In this document: piece by piece, positions 11,372 to 22,174 of the stretch
Layout of the letters: each line of letters opens with the position of its first letter
How positions within the stretch are numbered: position 1 is the first letter of the stretch
DNA from: Chiloscyllium plagiosum
Lineage: Eukaryota
Length of the DNA: 39,731 bases
Assembly (NCBI RefSeq): GCF_004010195.1
Contig: NC_057760.1
Location: 2,756,647 to 2,796,377, forward strand
Direction: 5' to 3'
Notes under the pieces: model-generated
Told to the model about the DNA's origin: nothing
Seen by the model: only the letters and a program-made list of their open reading frames with translations
The model's database searches: none
Translations under genes and position numbers: made by a program

Positions 11372-11673
11372 GTGCAGCACAGTGGGCTCAGTGGTTAGCG
11401 CTGCTGCCTCACAGCACCAGGGACCCGGGTTCAATTCCAGCCTCGGGCAACTGTCTGTGTGGAGTTTACACCTGCTCCCCGTGTCGGTGTGGGTTTCCTC
11501 CCATAGTCCAAAGATGTGCAGGTTAGGCAAATTGGCCATGCTAAATCGCCCATAATGTTAGGTGCCTTTGTCAGGGGTAAACTTAGGGGAATGGGTCTGG
11601 GTGGGTTGCTCTTCAGAGGGTCGGTGTGGACTTGCTGGGCCAAAGAGACCTGTTTCCATGCTGTAGAGAATCT
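11372..11673 (+). mobile_element. tRNA-derived SINE (HE1/V-SINE type)
   Basis: Box A-like cagtggttagc, box B ggttcaattcc, V-domain tgtgtggagttt...gggtttcctccca, CR1-like tail. Confidence 0.9.
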
Positions 11674-11779
11674 TAAAAAAAAAACTGGGTGGTCTATAGG
11701 TTCCTGTGCGTTGTGCTGTATTTTGTACTTGTTTATTCTAACCTCCTCTCCTCTCTTCACCCCCCACCCCGCCCACTAG

Positions 11780-11866
11780 GTGTGGCAGCACTGTGACTGC
11801 ATGCGTGTAACTGCAGATGTTGAGCACTACCTGTGTGAGCAGTGTGATCCTCGACCTGTGGAGAGG
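11780..11866 (+). CDS. ASH1L: ASH1L coding exon (PHD finger, second half)
   Basis: Acceptor cccactag|GTG, donor AGG|gtaagt; 87 nt: [29 protein letters not shown], completing the C4HC3 PHD pattern. Confidence 0.96.
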
Positions 11867-12329
11867 GTAAGTCAATCCCTTGTGAATAACAAAAGGTGTT
11901 GTGCATTCTGGTTAACAACATTGGCCACAGCAGTCAGCCCGGGCCTCTTTGTTTAGGCTTATGTGCTGTGCCTTTCAGTGCATTAACAGCACTGTTTCCT
12001 AATGGATGGTTAAACAGCTTTGGGCATTTCACTTAATTGTACGCAGTTACATTCCTGCAAATCCTGTGTTGTGAACATTTTCTGGGAAGTTTCAGCTGTG
12101 GTATCAAATGTCAGTAATGCTGCTGCTCATCAGTGGCTGCCCCGGTTGCTGGACATATTGCCACTGGAGAGTCATCCAGACCAGAGGATCCTGATGTTGC
12201 TGCCACCTTGCACTCCACTGATCTTAGTGACAGGGGGGGGCCATTGCAGCTGGAGTCCCAAACCTGAGTAGACAAATGTCACAAAACAAAAGCAACCCAG
12301 CCTTCCAGGTTATGGCAGCAAGAGTCAGC

Positions 12330-12541
12330 ACTCCCCTGAGAGGCTGATGGTGACATTAGTCAAATCAATTGGTAGATTCATTTAAGATGCATCTGGACAG
12401 ATGCATGAGTCGGTGGGGAGTAGAGGGATACAGATGCTTAGGAATTGACCGACAGGTTTAGACAGTACATTCGGATCGGCTCAGGCTTGGAGGGCCAAAG
12501 GGCCTGTTCCTGGGCTGTAAATTTTCTTTGTACTTTGTTCA
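12330..12541 (+). mobile_element. CR1 LINE 3' tail fragment
   Basis: catttaagatgcatctggacag...ggagggccaaagggcctgttcctgggctgta tail. Confidence 0.65.
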
Positions 12542-12648
12542 AATCCTTAAACAATGCCCATTTGCTCCTTTTTTCTCCCCCGTGGCCACTGCTGGTCCAT
12601 AAGTAGCCACTGTCTGTTCTGTGACTCACTATTGCTGTTTCTCTACAG

Positions 12649-12739
12649 GAAGTCCCCATGATCCCACAGCCACATTATGCCCAGCCTGGTTGTGTGTACT
12701 ACATCTGCCTTCTGCGGGATGACCTGCTGCTCCGACACG
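12649..12739 (+). CDS. ASH1L: ASH1L coding exon (PHD-BAH junction)
   Basis: Acceptor ctctacag|GAA, donor G|gtaggt; 91 nt: [30 protein letters not shown] + 1 nt. Confidence 0.96.
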
Positions 12740-13578
12740 GTAGGTGGATGCTGGGGAGAATGGCCTTACTCACGTGCCTTCATGTGAGAAGCTGATAGCA
12801 TTCCTGACATACACACACACATGTATCTTCAGAAAAGTAACAAAACACAAACCCCAGTTGGCATATATTCCATTGAAATGTTGTATTAATGTTGGGCTGG
12901 ATATCAGGTACTTGGGGTTAAGAAGACTGCCGTAACAGGTGTTTGCATGGAAGTAAAATCCAGCACGATAGTCATTACTTATCAGCTCAGCTACTCTAAT
13001 ACAGCTCTCTTTTCACTGCTACCCATTAACAATCCACCATTTGGTGCTGCACCTCTTTCTCCTTGGGCTGGCTTGTCTCCTGGTGCAATGATCAAATCAG
13101 TAGGGGAAGAAATGGAAAGCTTGCCAGTGCTTTATGTTGGTCATTGTACGGTTAGAGGGGGCTAAACTCTAACTTCACATGAAGTTTGGGGGGGGTGGGG
13201 GGGGGTGGGGGGGAAGAAGACACTGTCAGCACATTGGACCAGTATTCTGTTTGGATGTGCAGACAGTGTGTGAAACATTTACACTCAACAAATACGGTTC
13301 CAGCAACACTTTTTTAACAGCTTGCTTTCAACTCGTTGAAACATCTCAGTATAACACTGGGCATATCAGCAAAGTGACCAAAGGAAAGAGATTGGTTGTT
13401 CTGCACAGCTTAAGTATTGGTGACAATTGTTTCCCATGAGCACCAACTTTAATCTTTAACCTTAGTCAAAACATAAATGTGGAAACCTTTCTAAGTTGAC
13501 GTGGAAATCACCAAGGAATTTTAAATTTTGTACCTTTGCTCCACTCTTCTGATCAACTCGGTATATGTTCTGCTGCAG

Positions 13579-13717
13579 GTGACTGTGTCTATCTGATGAG
13601 AGACAATCGGCGAGGGCCTGAGGGCCAGCCTGTCCGACAGTCCTACAGACTGCTCTCGCACATCAATCGTGACAAGCTCGATATCTTCCGTATTGAAAAG
13701 CTCTGGAAGAACGAAAA
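13579..13717 (+). CDS. ASH1L: ASH1L coding exon (BAH domain)
   Basis: Acceptor tgctgcag|GT, donor AA|gtaagg; 139 nt: (G)[45 protein letters not shown](K). Confidence 0.96.
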
Positions 13718-13792
13718 GTAAGGCAGCTGCAGGATCAACTACATAATGCAAACTTGTAAAATGGCTCCTGAACCGCAGTGACCTGGGCACTT

Positions 13793-14540
13793 CCCCAGTG
13801 TTACACAGTGACAGACCTGTCCCCCACCAGCACTGTACCCCAGTGTTACACAGTGACAGACCTGTCCCCATCCAGTACTGTACCCCAGTGTTATACAGTG
13901 ACAGACCTGTCCCCACCAGTACTGTACCCCAGTGTTATACAGTGACAGACCTGTCCCCACTCAGTACTGTACCCCAGTGTTATACAGGGACAGACCTGTC
14001 CCCCACCAGTACTGTAACCCTGTGTTACACAGTGACAGACCTGTCCCCACCAGTACTGTACCCCAGTGTTATACAGGGACAGACCTGTCCCCCACCAGTA
14101 CTGTACCCCAATGTTATGCAGGGACAGACCTGGCCCCACCAGTACTGTATCGCAGTGTTGTACAGTGGCGACCTGTCTCCACCAGTACTGTACCCCAGTG
14201 TTACACAGTGACAGACCTGTCCCCACCAGTACTGTACCCCAGTGTTATACAGGGACAGACCTGGCCCCACCAGTACTGTATCGCAGTGTTGTACAGTGGC
14301 GACCTGTCTCCACCAGTACTGTACCCCAGTGTTACACAGTGACAGACCTGTCCCCACCAGTACTGTACCCCAATGTTATACAGTGACAGACCTGGCCCCA
14401 CCAGTACTGTATCGCAGTGTTGTACAGTGGCGACCTGTCCCCACCAGTACTGTACCCCAGTGTTACACAGTGACAGACCTGTCCCCACCAGTACTGTATC
14501 GCAGTGTTGTACAGTGGCGACCTGTCTCCACCAGTACTCT
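13793..14540. repeat. Minisatellite, 43-45-bp unit, about 17 copies
   Basis: Unit ccccagtgttayacagtgacagacctgtccccaccagtactgta; one degenerate unit continues after the insertion at 14668-14710. Confidence 0.97.
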
Positions 14541-14544
14541 ACTC

Positions 14545-14664
14545 CTGATGAAGGGCATTTGCCTGAAACGTCGATTTTCCTGGTCCTCTGATGCTGCCTG
14601 ACCTGCTGTGGCTTTCCCACACCACGCTCTCGATTCTAATCTCTAGCATCTGCAGTCCTCACTT
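14545..14664 (+). mobile_element. Penelope-like derivative with hammerhead core, inserted in the minisatellite end
   Basis: CTGATGA A GGGC-attt-GCCT GAAA CGTC gatttt at 14545-14578, then the family tail gatgctgcctgacctgctg...agcatctgcagtcctcact. Confidence 0.75.
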
Positions 14665-14928
14665 GCACCCACCAGTTCTGTTCCCCAGCATTATACAGTG
14701 ATAGGCTTGTGTACACTGGTACCACATTTGAAAATATTCTGTCCAGACACAGCCTAAGTTTGGAAGAGCGTGTCCTCAAATTGTACAGCTAAGCTTATTT
14801 CCCCAGTTGAAGTCTGAAACTAACGTGCGTTTGCCATCACCTTTTACTGGTGCGGTATTTTGCTGCCTATATGTTATTTTGAAATTCCATTTTGCTTGAT
14901 GTCATGATAATCTCTATTGTTCTGACAG

Positions 14929-15101
14929 AGGGGAGCGATTTGCCTTTGGTCATCATTATTTCCGACCCCATGAGACCCATCACTCCCCTTCAAGACGGTT
15001 TTACCATAACGAGCTATTCAGGGTGCCTCTGTACGAGATTATCCCTCTGGAGGCAGTGGTTGGAACCTGCTGTGTGTTGGACCTCTACACCTACTGTAAG
15101 G
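14929..15101 (+). CDS. ASH1L: ASH1L coding exon (BAH domain)
   Basis: Acceptor tctgacag|A, donor G|gtgagt; 173 nt: [57 protein letters not shown](G). Confidence 0.96.
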
Positions 15102-15915
15102 GTGAGTGAAATTTTAGTCTCTAAGCCTTTTCACCCCTGTCCCTGTCCCTGTCCTGCTAGTTTCCCACCACTGTTGATGTCACCTTTTGTGCTAGCTGTT
15201 GAACACTGAATGGTTCAAGATGGTGTGAACCTCCCCCAGTCAGTGCCCTTCGTGATTTCTTCTGTTACCTCCCTGACCCAGGGGTTCTCCACACCTGAGC
15301 ATGGAACCCAGGCTTAAATTCACTTGGAGTGCACACCAAAGGTTAGCACCACAGCTCCCTGGATCATGATCAAAAGTTGGAATCCAAGCTGTTTATAATA
15401 CCCCTAACTCTGCACATCCTGGGGGTAAGCTCTGCCCCTTTACGTAGAGTTGGGCAACATTTATGAACGTAGACTTTATCGTGCATGTCTGCATTGTTGT
15501 TTAGCATCTACACATACCACCTCCCATTCCTCTTCATGTCACTCCACCAGCATATCCCTTTATTCCTTTCTGTTTGCTGTGTGTCCAGCATTCCCCTTCG
15601 GTGCATCTCTGCAATTCAACTTAATAGTAGTGTGGTCAGGAGTTCCACATTCTCAGCACACCCTGGGTGAAGTGGTTTCTCCTGAACTCCCAATTTATTA
15701 GTTCGTCTTTTTTTTTAACCTTTTGTCGCCTTTTAAAGGAATTTCTGAAAGTCACCACTGAATGTGAGTAGAAGTTTACCCTGTCATGAGAAGGTGTGAA
15801 AGCCAGCCGTGCCCTGCCCTAAGCTTTGTTAGAGGGTTAGCTGTGGTGAAGTTTTGTGCTGGAGCTTGTAACTGCACTGTTAATGCACTCTCACCTTTCC
15901 CTTTTGATGGTTTAG

Positions 15916-16082
15916 GGAGGCCAAAGGGTGTGAAAGACCAGGATGTTTACATCTGTGACTATCGCCTGGATAAATCTGCACATCTCTTCTATAAGATCCA
16001 CCGGAACCGCTATCCTGTCTGCACAAAATCCTACGCATTCGATCACTTTCCGAAGAAACTGACACCCAAAAGAGATTTCTCT
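15916..16082 (+). CDS. ASH1L: ASH1L coding exon (end of BAH domain)
   Basis: Acceptor ggtttag|GG, donor TCT|gtaagt; 167 nt: [55 protein letters not shown]. Confidence 0.96.
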
Positions 16083-16595
16083 GTAAGTGTTAATGGTGGG
16101 ATTGTTGCTGGCCGGGGGTGGGGGGGATGGATCAGAAGGGATTCAGGGGTAGGTGTCGGGTGAGCTCCTGGTGAGGGAGAGCAAGTGAAGGAAATGAATG
16201 CTTCAGTTTGTAGTTGGTTTGTTAACCTGTTGTGTACACTGCTGCTGCTACACGGTTAGGTTATACCCTCTGTCTGCCCCTTTTTCCATATGAGCCCCTC
16301 CTGCACCCTCTGCCAAATTGGAGAGCTGACCAGTCGTTTTGCCATTTGCAGAAAGAAGCACTGTTGGGAAATTAAGGTGCGGGGCCCCTAGCTTCACTTC
16401 AGGCAATTGCTCAAGGCCCTGGCAGCAGAGAGGCCAGGGTGATGACATGCATGGCAGAGGAAAGTGAGCCCTGAGAGGCTGGGCGGTGGGATGGATGAAG
16501 CCTGATGGAAAGGAGTGTTGTTGTGCCTAGTCATAATTTTTAAACCAAAATCTGCTTTTTGTTTTCTTCTTCTTCTGCTGTTTACTTTCCATTAG

Positions 16596-16636
16596 CCTCA
16601 CTATGTACCAGAAAATTACAAGAGGAATGGAGGCCG
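16596..16636 (+). CDS. ASH1L: ASH1L 41-nt coding exon
   Basis: Long pyrimidine tract, acceptor ccattag|CCT, donor CG|gtgagt; PHYVPENYKRNGG(R); phases match neighbouring exons. Confidence 0.94.
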
Positions 16637-16848
16637 GTGAGTAACATTTACTGTCCGACTGCTCTGTTTGTACTTTCAGTTCTGTTACCTGCGGCAGGTT
16701 TGTCTCTTAACTTTACAGTTCTTGCTCGCAGAAACCTGTAGTCGCCCACGGCCTCTGTGGGTTACAGCAGCTCACCTGCTCTCATGTCAGTTGGAGCCGG
16801 TGTGGTGAGACTTGCTGACCCTGTTACCCTTAATCCTGTGCTATGTTA

Positions 16849-17186
16849 TAGGATTCATAGAACCCCTACAGTGTGGGGACAGGCACTTCGGCCCAGCAAG
16901 TCCACTCTGACCCTCTAAAGACTAACCCACCCAAACCCATTCCCTACCCTATTATCCTATATTTGCACCTAACCTATACATCCCTGAACACAATGGGACA
17001 ATTTAGCATGGCCAGTTCACCTAACCTGCACATCTTTGGATTGTGGGAGGAAATTGGAGCACCCGGAGGAAGCCCATGCAGGCACTGGGAGAATGTGCAA
17101 ACTCCACACAGCTAGTCGCCCAAGGGTGGGATCGAACCCGGGTCCCTGATGCTGTGAGGCAGCAATGCTAACCACTGAGCCACCGT
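16849..17186 (-). mobile_element. tRNA-derived SINE (HE1/V-SINE type)
   Basis: Reverse complement of the SINE head (acggtggctcagtggttagca...gggttcgatccc), V-domain and tail. Confidence 0.9.
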
Positions 17187-19329
17187 TAGCAAATCTCTTC
17201 CAAAATCCTGACTCCATAAAGATGGGATCGGATAGTTCCTACTGCTGGCTCCTGCTGCAAGTTGTGGGCTTTGAATTACAACAGGTTTGCAGTGAATTCT
17301 GATGCCTGCCTTGATTGCTAACACAGTGAGAGAGACCAGTGGATATACCTACCTGACAGCATCTCAATCCCAATGAGACTCGGTGCCTTTGGGAGCAGAG
17401 AGGGGCATTGAGTCAATAATACATGTTAAAATCTCATTACCAATCTCTCTCTGTGATCAGTAAGTAGAAGGTTCATAGATTTCATTTGGTCTCGAGTGCA
17501 AGTTGAAAGCGTGCGCTGCACCGTGCTTGGCAGACAAATCGTATTGAGTTGAAGTTTGTTTTCTTATTTTCCTAGCCCTCCCCAGCAGTCTTTGGATTGC
17601 TGTGGTCAGCTTGCAAAGGGAGTGACTCAGAAATAAATGGTTCCTTTACAATTCCTGCCTCCTTCCCAACTCCCTCCGTCATAGACAGCAGAAATCTTGC
17701 TTCTGTTACGTGACCTCCCACTTTTGACTTGTCAGAGAACTGATGAAACTCCAACCCAACTGAAGGCAGTCAAGTTTAGTGTCACCGGCCCCAGTCCCAA
17801 CTCACTGTTCCACAGATGAGACACTGGGTGGGTGGGGGCTGGGGCTGTTTGTTGTCACATCTGGACCAATCTCGGGAGTGTGTAAGAAGCTTCCACTGTG
17901 AATTACCCCAGTCTTTTCTCTTTCTCTATCTCACTCCGATGTAGGAAGACTGTTGGATAAGGGCCAGATAATACTTAGTTGAGGTGTCTCCTGCCGCTGT
18001 AGCACCTGTAAATGCTCACGCCTAGTTCCATATGCACTGAAGCCATCCGTGTCTAAACTGTATGCCCTAACAAGCAGGGCAGTAAGAGATGACACATGGT
18101 TAGTTGTTAAGCAATTGATTGAAGGTGAAGAGTACCTGTGAAGGTATCAGTTATGGGAAGGGACACATCTCTCTCATTGGGTCTATGGATTGAATGTTGA
18201 TAATCACTGTCTCACTGCCCAGGGCTCTGGTTTACTCTGAGGCTGATGGATCACAGGTCTGATGTTCTAGTAAAACAGGGAGCAAGAGGATTGGTCTTGG
18301 AGAATTCTTTTTAACCTTTCAGTTGGATTGTCGTTGATTATTATCTGAATAATTTAGAAAGGGACACAGAATGGAGGAGGAAAAGACCGGAAGTAGTAAA
18401 GGTTGGGCTGGCATGGTCACTGGGACTAATAGTTAATGGTGGCTGCTGATTAGCTCAACTTAACCAGGAGGAATTAAGGGGCTCCAGTCTTGCTGATGCA
18501 TGGACGAGGAATGGGACCTCAGTTTTTTACTATCTGTTACAGACTAGTGTATACAGCTTTGAATTGTTTAAATAAGACCCACCTAAGCCTCTGCTAAGAT
18601 GTGCCTGGTTAAACAGCCTGCACTAGTTGTCTAAGCTCAGATATAAGGAGTACCAGATGGTGACTGGTGACCAGCAGTCTTAAATAGAGATGGGGTCTGG
18701 GATAAGGACTGAGTGATTGCACAAAGGGATGAATAATGCGTGATTGAGGGAGACACGATAAAAGAGTGGTGTTTGGTGAACTTGTCCCTTTTGGCTCCCT
18801 ACTCCTGCTCCAGGGAACCAGGAAAATGATGATCAACCCCTGTCCTTTGACTGACCTGGTGGGTGAGTTGACTTGGAACAAGGAGGTTCTTGAGGGAGGG
18901 GTGACCCTCTTTCAAAAAATAGCTGTAACTTCTTAATGCATGTTTCAAAAGTAGATATTGTGATTGGGCAGGGGTTCACTGAGGGGGGGGGAGTGGATTT
19001 ATTCAGTTTTAGAACTGGAGCTAGCTGTCTTAAGTTTTCTTCCCCTTGTTAATTCATTTTAAAACACCTCACTCCAATTGTTTATTCCGAATACTGTTAA
19101 TTCTCTACACCGTAAATCTTCGACTATCATACCCACTTTGCTTCCTCTCCTCAAAACCTTGATGAGGAAGGGTGCACATTCTAAATGGGTACTAAAATAT
19201 CTTCACAACATTTCATAAAGTTCACAGGGGACTTGGGGAGAATGTATGTTCTATATCCAGGGTATGTTCCATTCAAAGATTTACGGTTGCTTAAAAAGTT
19301 ACTGTTTAGTCTTAAGTTCTCTTTTAAAA

Positions 19330-20050
19330 TTCCTCACGAGCTGGAGGAGATAGAGCTACAATTCTCCATAGTGCTGCCTGGCAATGATGTCAGCATATCA
19401 CCATGCTGCCAAGGCCGACTGTCGGAGACTTGTAGCTTTTGTTTCCTGCAGTGGCAGGAATGCTTTCCGCAGTGCAGCATTCTAATCAAGGAGTGCAGGG
19501 ACGGCACTAAGGGATGAGCGATGCGCGATCCAAACACTAATGAAACCATCAGGGCTGTACAGTGTGGGATGGGTGACTGTTGAGAGTTTGCAGAAAGCCC
19601 GTTACCCATTTAGTGGGAAGGGCAGTAAGCTTGAATCTACGCTTTGGTTCTGATTTCTTTTCAGCTTGACATGCACTCATTGGGCAGGTTCCACCAGTTC
19701 TCAGCCAAACCGTTAGTTAGTGGACTCTGGAGCAGTGGGGCTTGCTGTGTTTTCTCAGGTTTGGGTGGGTGGTGGGATCTGACACTGCCACAGGAGGACC
19801 GCACCTTGTACTGAGCCGTCGGCGGAACAGTTGGAGCATGGTCACGGAGCAGTGCAGAACCAGGATCCTGTGCCAGGAATTGGTGCGAGATGCCAGAAGG
19901 CAGGAGTCTGACCAGCAGGCAGTGGGCAAGTCCCAGAATCTATCCCACAACGGCTCAGTTTGGAACGCAGTTCGCTCATCACCTACTGTTGCTGTTGGAG
20001 AGCAGTACACCGCTCTCTGATGTCAGAAACACCACGGTTTCCACTGATTC
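19330..20050 (+). mobile_element. Highly decayed RTE-like LINE remnant (tentative)
   Basis: VLSRRRNSWSMVTEQCRTRILCQEL loosely resembles the RTE C-terminal LLxxRRLRWLGHVxRMxxxRIPK motif. Confidence 0.3.
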
Positions 20051-21128
20051 TGGGTGACTTTTATTTCCCTTCATCTTAGACTTTGCTGCACTCCCACCTA
20101 CCAAACAGCCTTAACAAAGATGTGAGTAAAGACATTAGTGAATAAATAAGTGAATGAGTGATTGATTTCATTTCACAATATTGTCATAATATCTGTGCAT
20201 GTGTGTCTGTTTAAAATGGAACTTGGCGTTCTTGCAAACTTATCCACAGTTATGTGATTGTCTTTTGCAGTGAATTGGTTATAGTACATTCCTCTTCTAG
20301 GTTCATACAAACATGCTGGATACAACAATGAAGGCCAAATGGCCTCTGATACTTGGAAATTGGACCAAGGAATTATCTATTATAAATGGGGGGGGTGGGA
20401 TGCAACTTGGAACAACCCATCTGTTGTTCCCATCAAGAGCTATGTACTGTCAGTCTGTGGTTCCCCACCTCCAGTCTCTCAAAATCAGTGTACCATTCCA
20501 GAGTCACAGAGCAAGATCTCCAGAAATACAAGAGCATTTCCAGGGAGTTGATGTTGAATTTTTTTTTAAACAATTTGGATGCTGCACACTAGGGACCTTG
20601 ATTAAAGTTGGTGTACAGTAGAAGTGATTCTGCTGCCTATGCCTTTGGGTATTGAATAAATGCTTGAAAGGGAATGCGTTTTCAGGACAGGATACAAGGA
20701 CTAACTGTAAAGCTCTTTCAAATCAGCTAGCCCAGGCATGTTTGGCTGAATGGCCGCCTCTTGTTCTTGTATCATTCCGTTTTATAACTGGCATTATTTC
20801 CTTCAACAATCAAACTTTGAAATGGTTTGGGAATAGTTTAATTCTGTTTAACCAGAAATTCTGAAAAGACTAGTACTATCCAAGTATTAAAACACTAAAC
20901 TTGGAAACTTTGCACACGTGTGAGATTATTTTTCTTGTGTTGAACGAGTCACTGAGCACTAACTAAAATAAGGTGCAGGATCTGAAAGTGTTTCAGGAGC
21001 AGACTCTGCATGTGCCATGTCTGAAGTAGCAGTGACCATAATCCTGAAGTCACAGACCTGCAGCCACATCTCAAGTGTTTCCTTTTTTTCTCCACCCTGT
21101 TCCTATCTGGGCGGGACACAAACAACAG

Positions 21129-21391
21129 ATCCTCGTGGAAAACGGAGAGAACAAAAGTGCACTGCAAGGAGGTAGTTCAGGAGGAAGACCTTCCACCCCC
21201 CATCATTGAGGACATGTCAACCGCCCAAGAGCAACCAGCTGCTGAGATGCCCCACCTGGAGGAGCAGGAGAGCGAGAGCAGCAGTAACCCTCCGAAAGTG
21301 GATTGTAACCCAGAGGAGAAGCAGAGATTGCAGAGAGACAACCTCAACAAAATCCTCCTGAACCTGTTGGCCAAGATCCCAGGAAAAAACG
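21129..21391 (+). CDS. ASH1L: ASH1L penultimate coding exon (acidic linker and C-terminal helix)
   Basis: Acceptor aacaacag|A, donor G|gtgagg; 263 nt: SSWKTERTKVHCKEVVQEEDLPPPIIEDM...CNPEEKQRLQRDNLNKILLNLLAKIPGKN. Confidence 0.92.
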
Positions 21392-21727
21392 GTGAGGCTT
21401 GGCTATTGGCTAAACAGTTTCACCAGGAGCAGGGTGATTATGCAGCTTACAGCTGTGTAGATAAGAAAGGGATGGGTGGGTGTTATAGTTTGGGTGATGC
21501 AATCATTATGCCCTGCACTGAAGAGGAAATGTCTCCCACCAGCCCAGCTAGGTTAAAATGTCTCATGCTGTCAGATATAGGCATATTGGTAAAGTGCATT
21601 CTCTTGGCTAAAAAGCGTTAGTGTATTGCAGGTTCCTGGCATCACACACTGAAGGGTGTGAGGCCATGATCAATCAGCAATAAATATTGACTCGCCAGCA
21701 ATGCCCATATCCCTAGAATAAATTAAA

Positions 21728-21968
21728 AAAACCGAGTGCTGGTCAGTCTCAGCAGGTTGGGCTGTATCTGTGGAGAGAGAAATAGCATTAATGTTCCAAG
21801 TCCAATATGACTTTGGTTTGGCACTGAGTTTGTTTTGGACTGCACATTGGTGCAGAATAGAGTTGAACTGAGATTGTGAATGAGCTCTGCTTCTCTACCA
21901 CAGATGATGCCAGACTTGCTGTGTTTCTCCAGCACTTTGTCTTTATTTCAGATCTCCAGCATCCATAG
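21728..21968. mobile_element. Decayed palindromic Penelope-like derivative
   Basis: Inverted arms agtgctggtcagtctcagcaggttggg..atctgtggagagag / ctctaccacagatgatgccagacttgctgtgtttctccagcact; tail gatctccagcatc. Confidence 0.55.
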
Positions 21969-22067
21969 GACTTTGTTTTTGTGGATAAATAAACACAGTG
22001 TTTAATCCTGTAAATACATGCCTGGTCTGGTTCACTTTCTAGTCCGTGATAATCCCCAGTGGATCCA

Positions 22068-22165
22068 AGACAGAAATAGCTGGAAAACCTCAGTGGGTCT
22101 GGCAGCATTGTGGAGCTGGAGAACCAGAGTCCATGTTTCAAGTCTGGTGACCCTTCTTCAGAATC
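22068..22165 (-). mobile_element. Penelope-like derivative with degenerate minus-strand hammerhead motif
   Basis: Minus strand CTGAAGA A GGGTC-acca-GACTT GAAA CATG at 22161-22132. Confidence 0.6.
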
Positions 22166-22174
22166 ATTCATAGT

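Noticed and set aside
11372..11450. tRNA genes at SINE heads
   Set aside because: A/B boxes run straight into the V-domain and LINE-like tail; these are SINEs, with no cloverleaf support
13187..13213. Poly-G tract (G-quadruplex), also 11350-11369
   Set aside because: Simple homopolymer-like runs are common and error-prone; no evidence of function
13793..14540. CRISPR-like array or repetitive protein ORFs
   Set aside because: Units are contiguous with no unique spacers, lie in a vertebrate intron, and have no cas genes; the ORFs are artefacts of the repeat
21392..21621. Extended reading frame after the penultimate exon (ORF 21157-21621)
   Set aside because: ASH1L similarity stops at the GT donor at 21392 and resumes at 23569; the extension looks like chance intronic sequence
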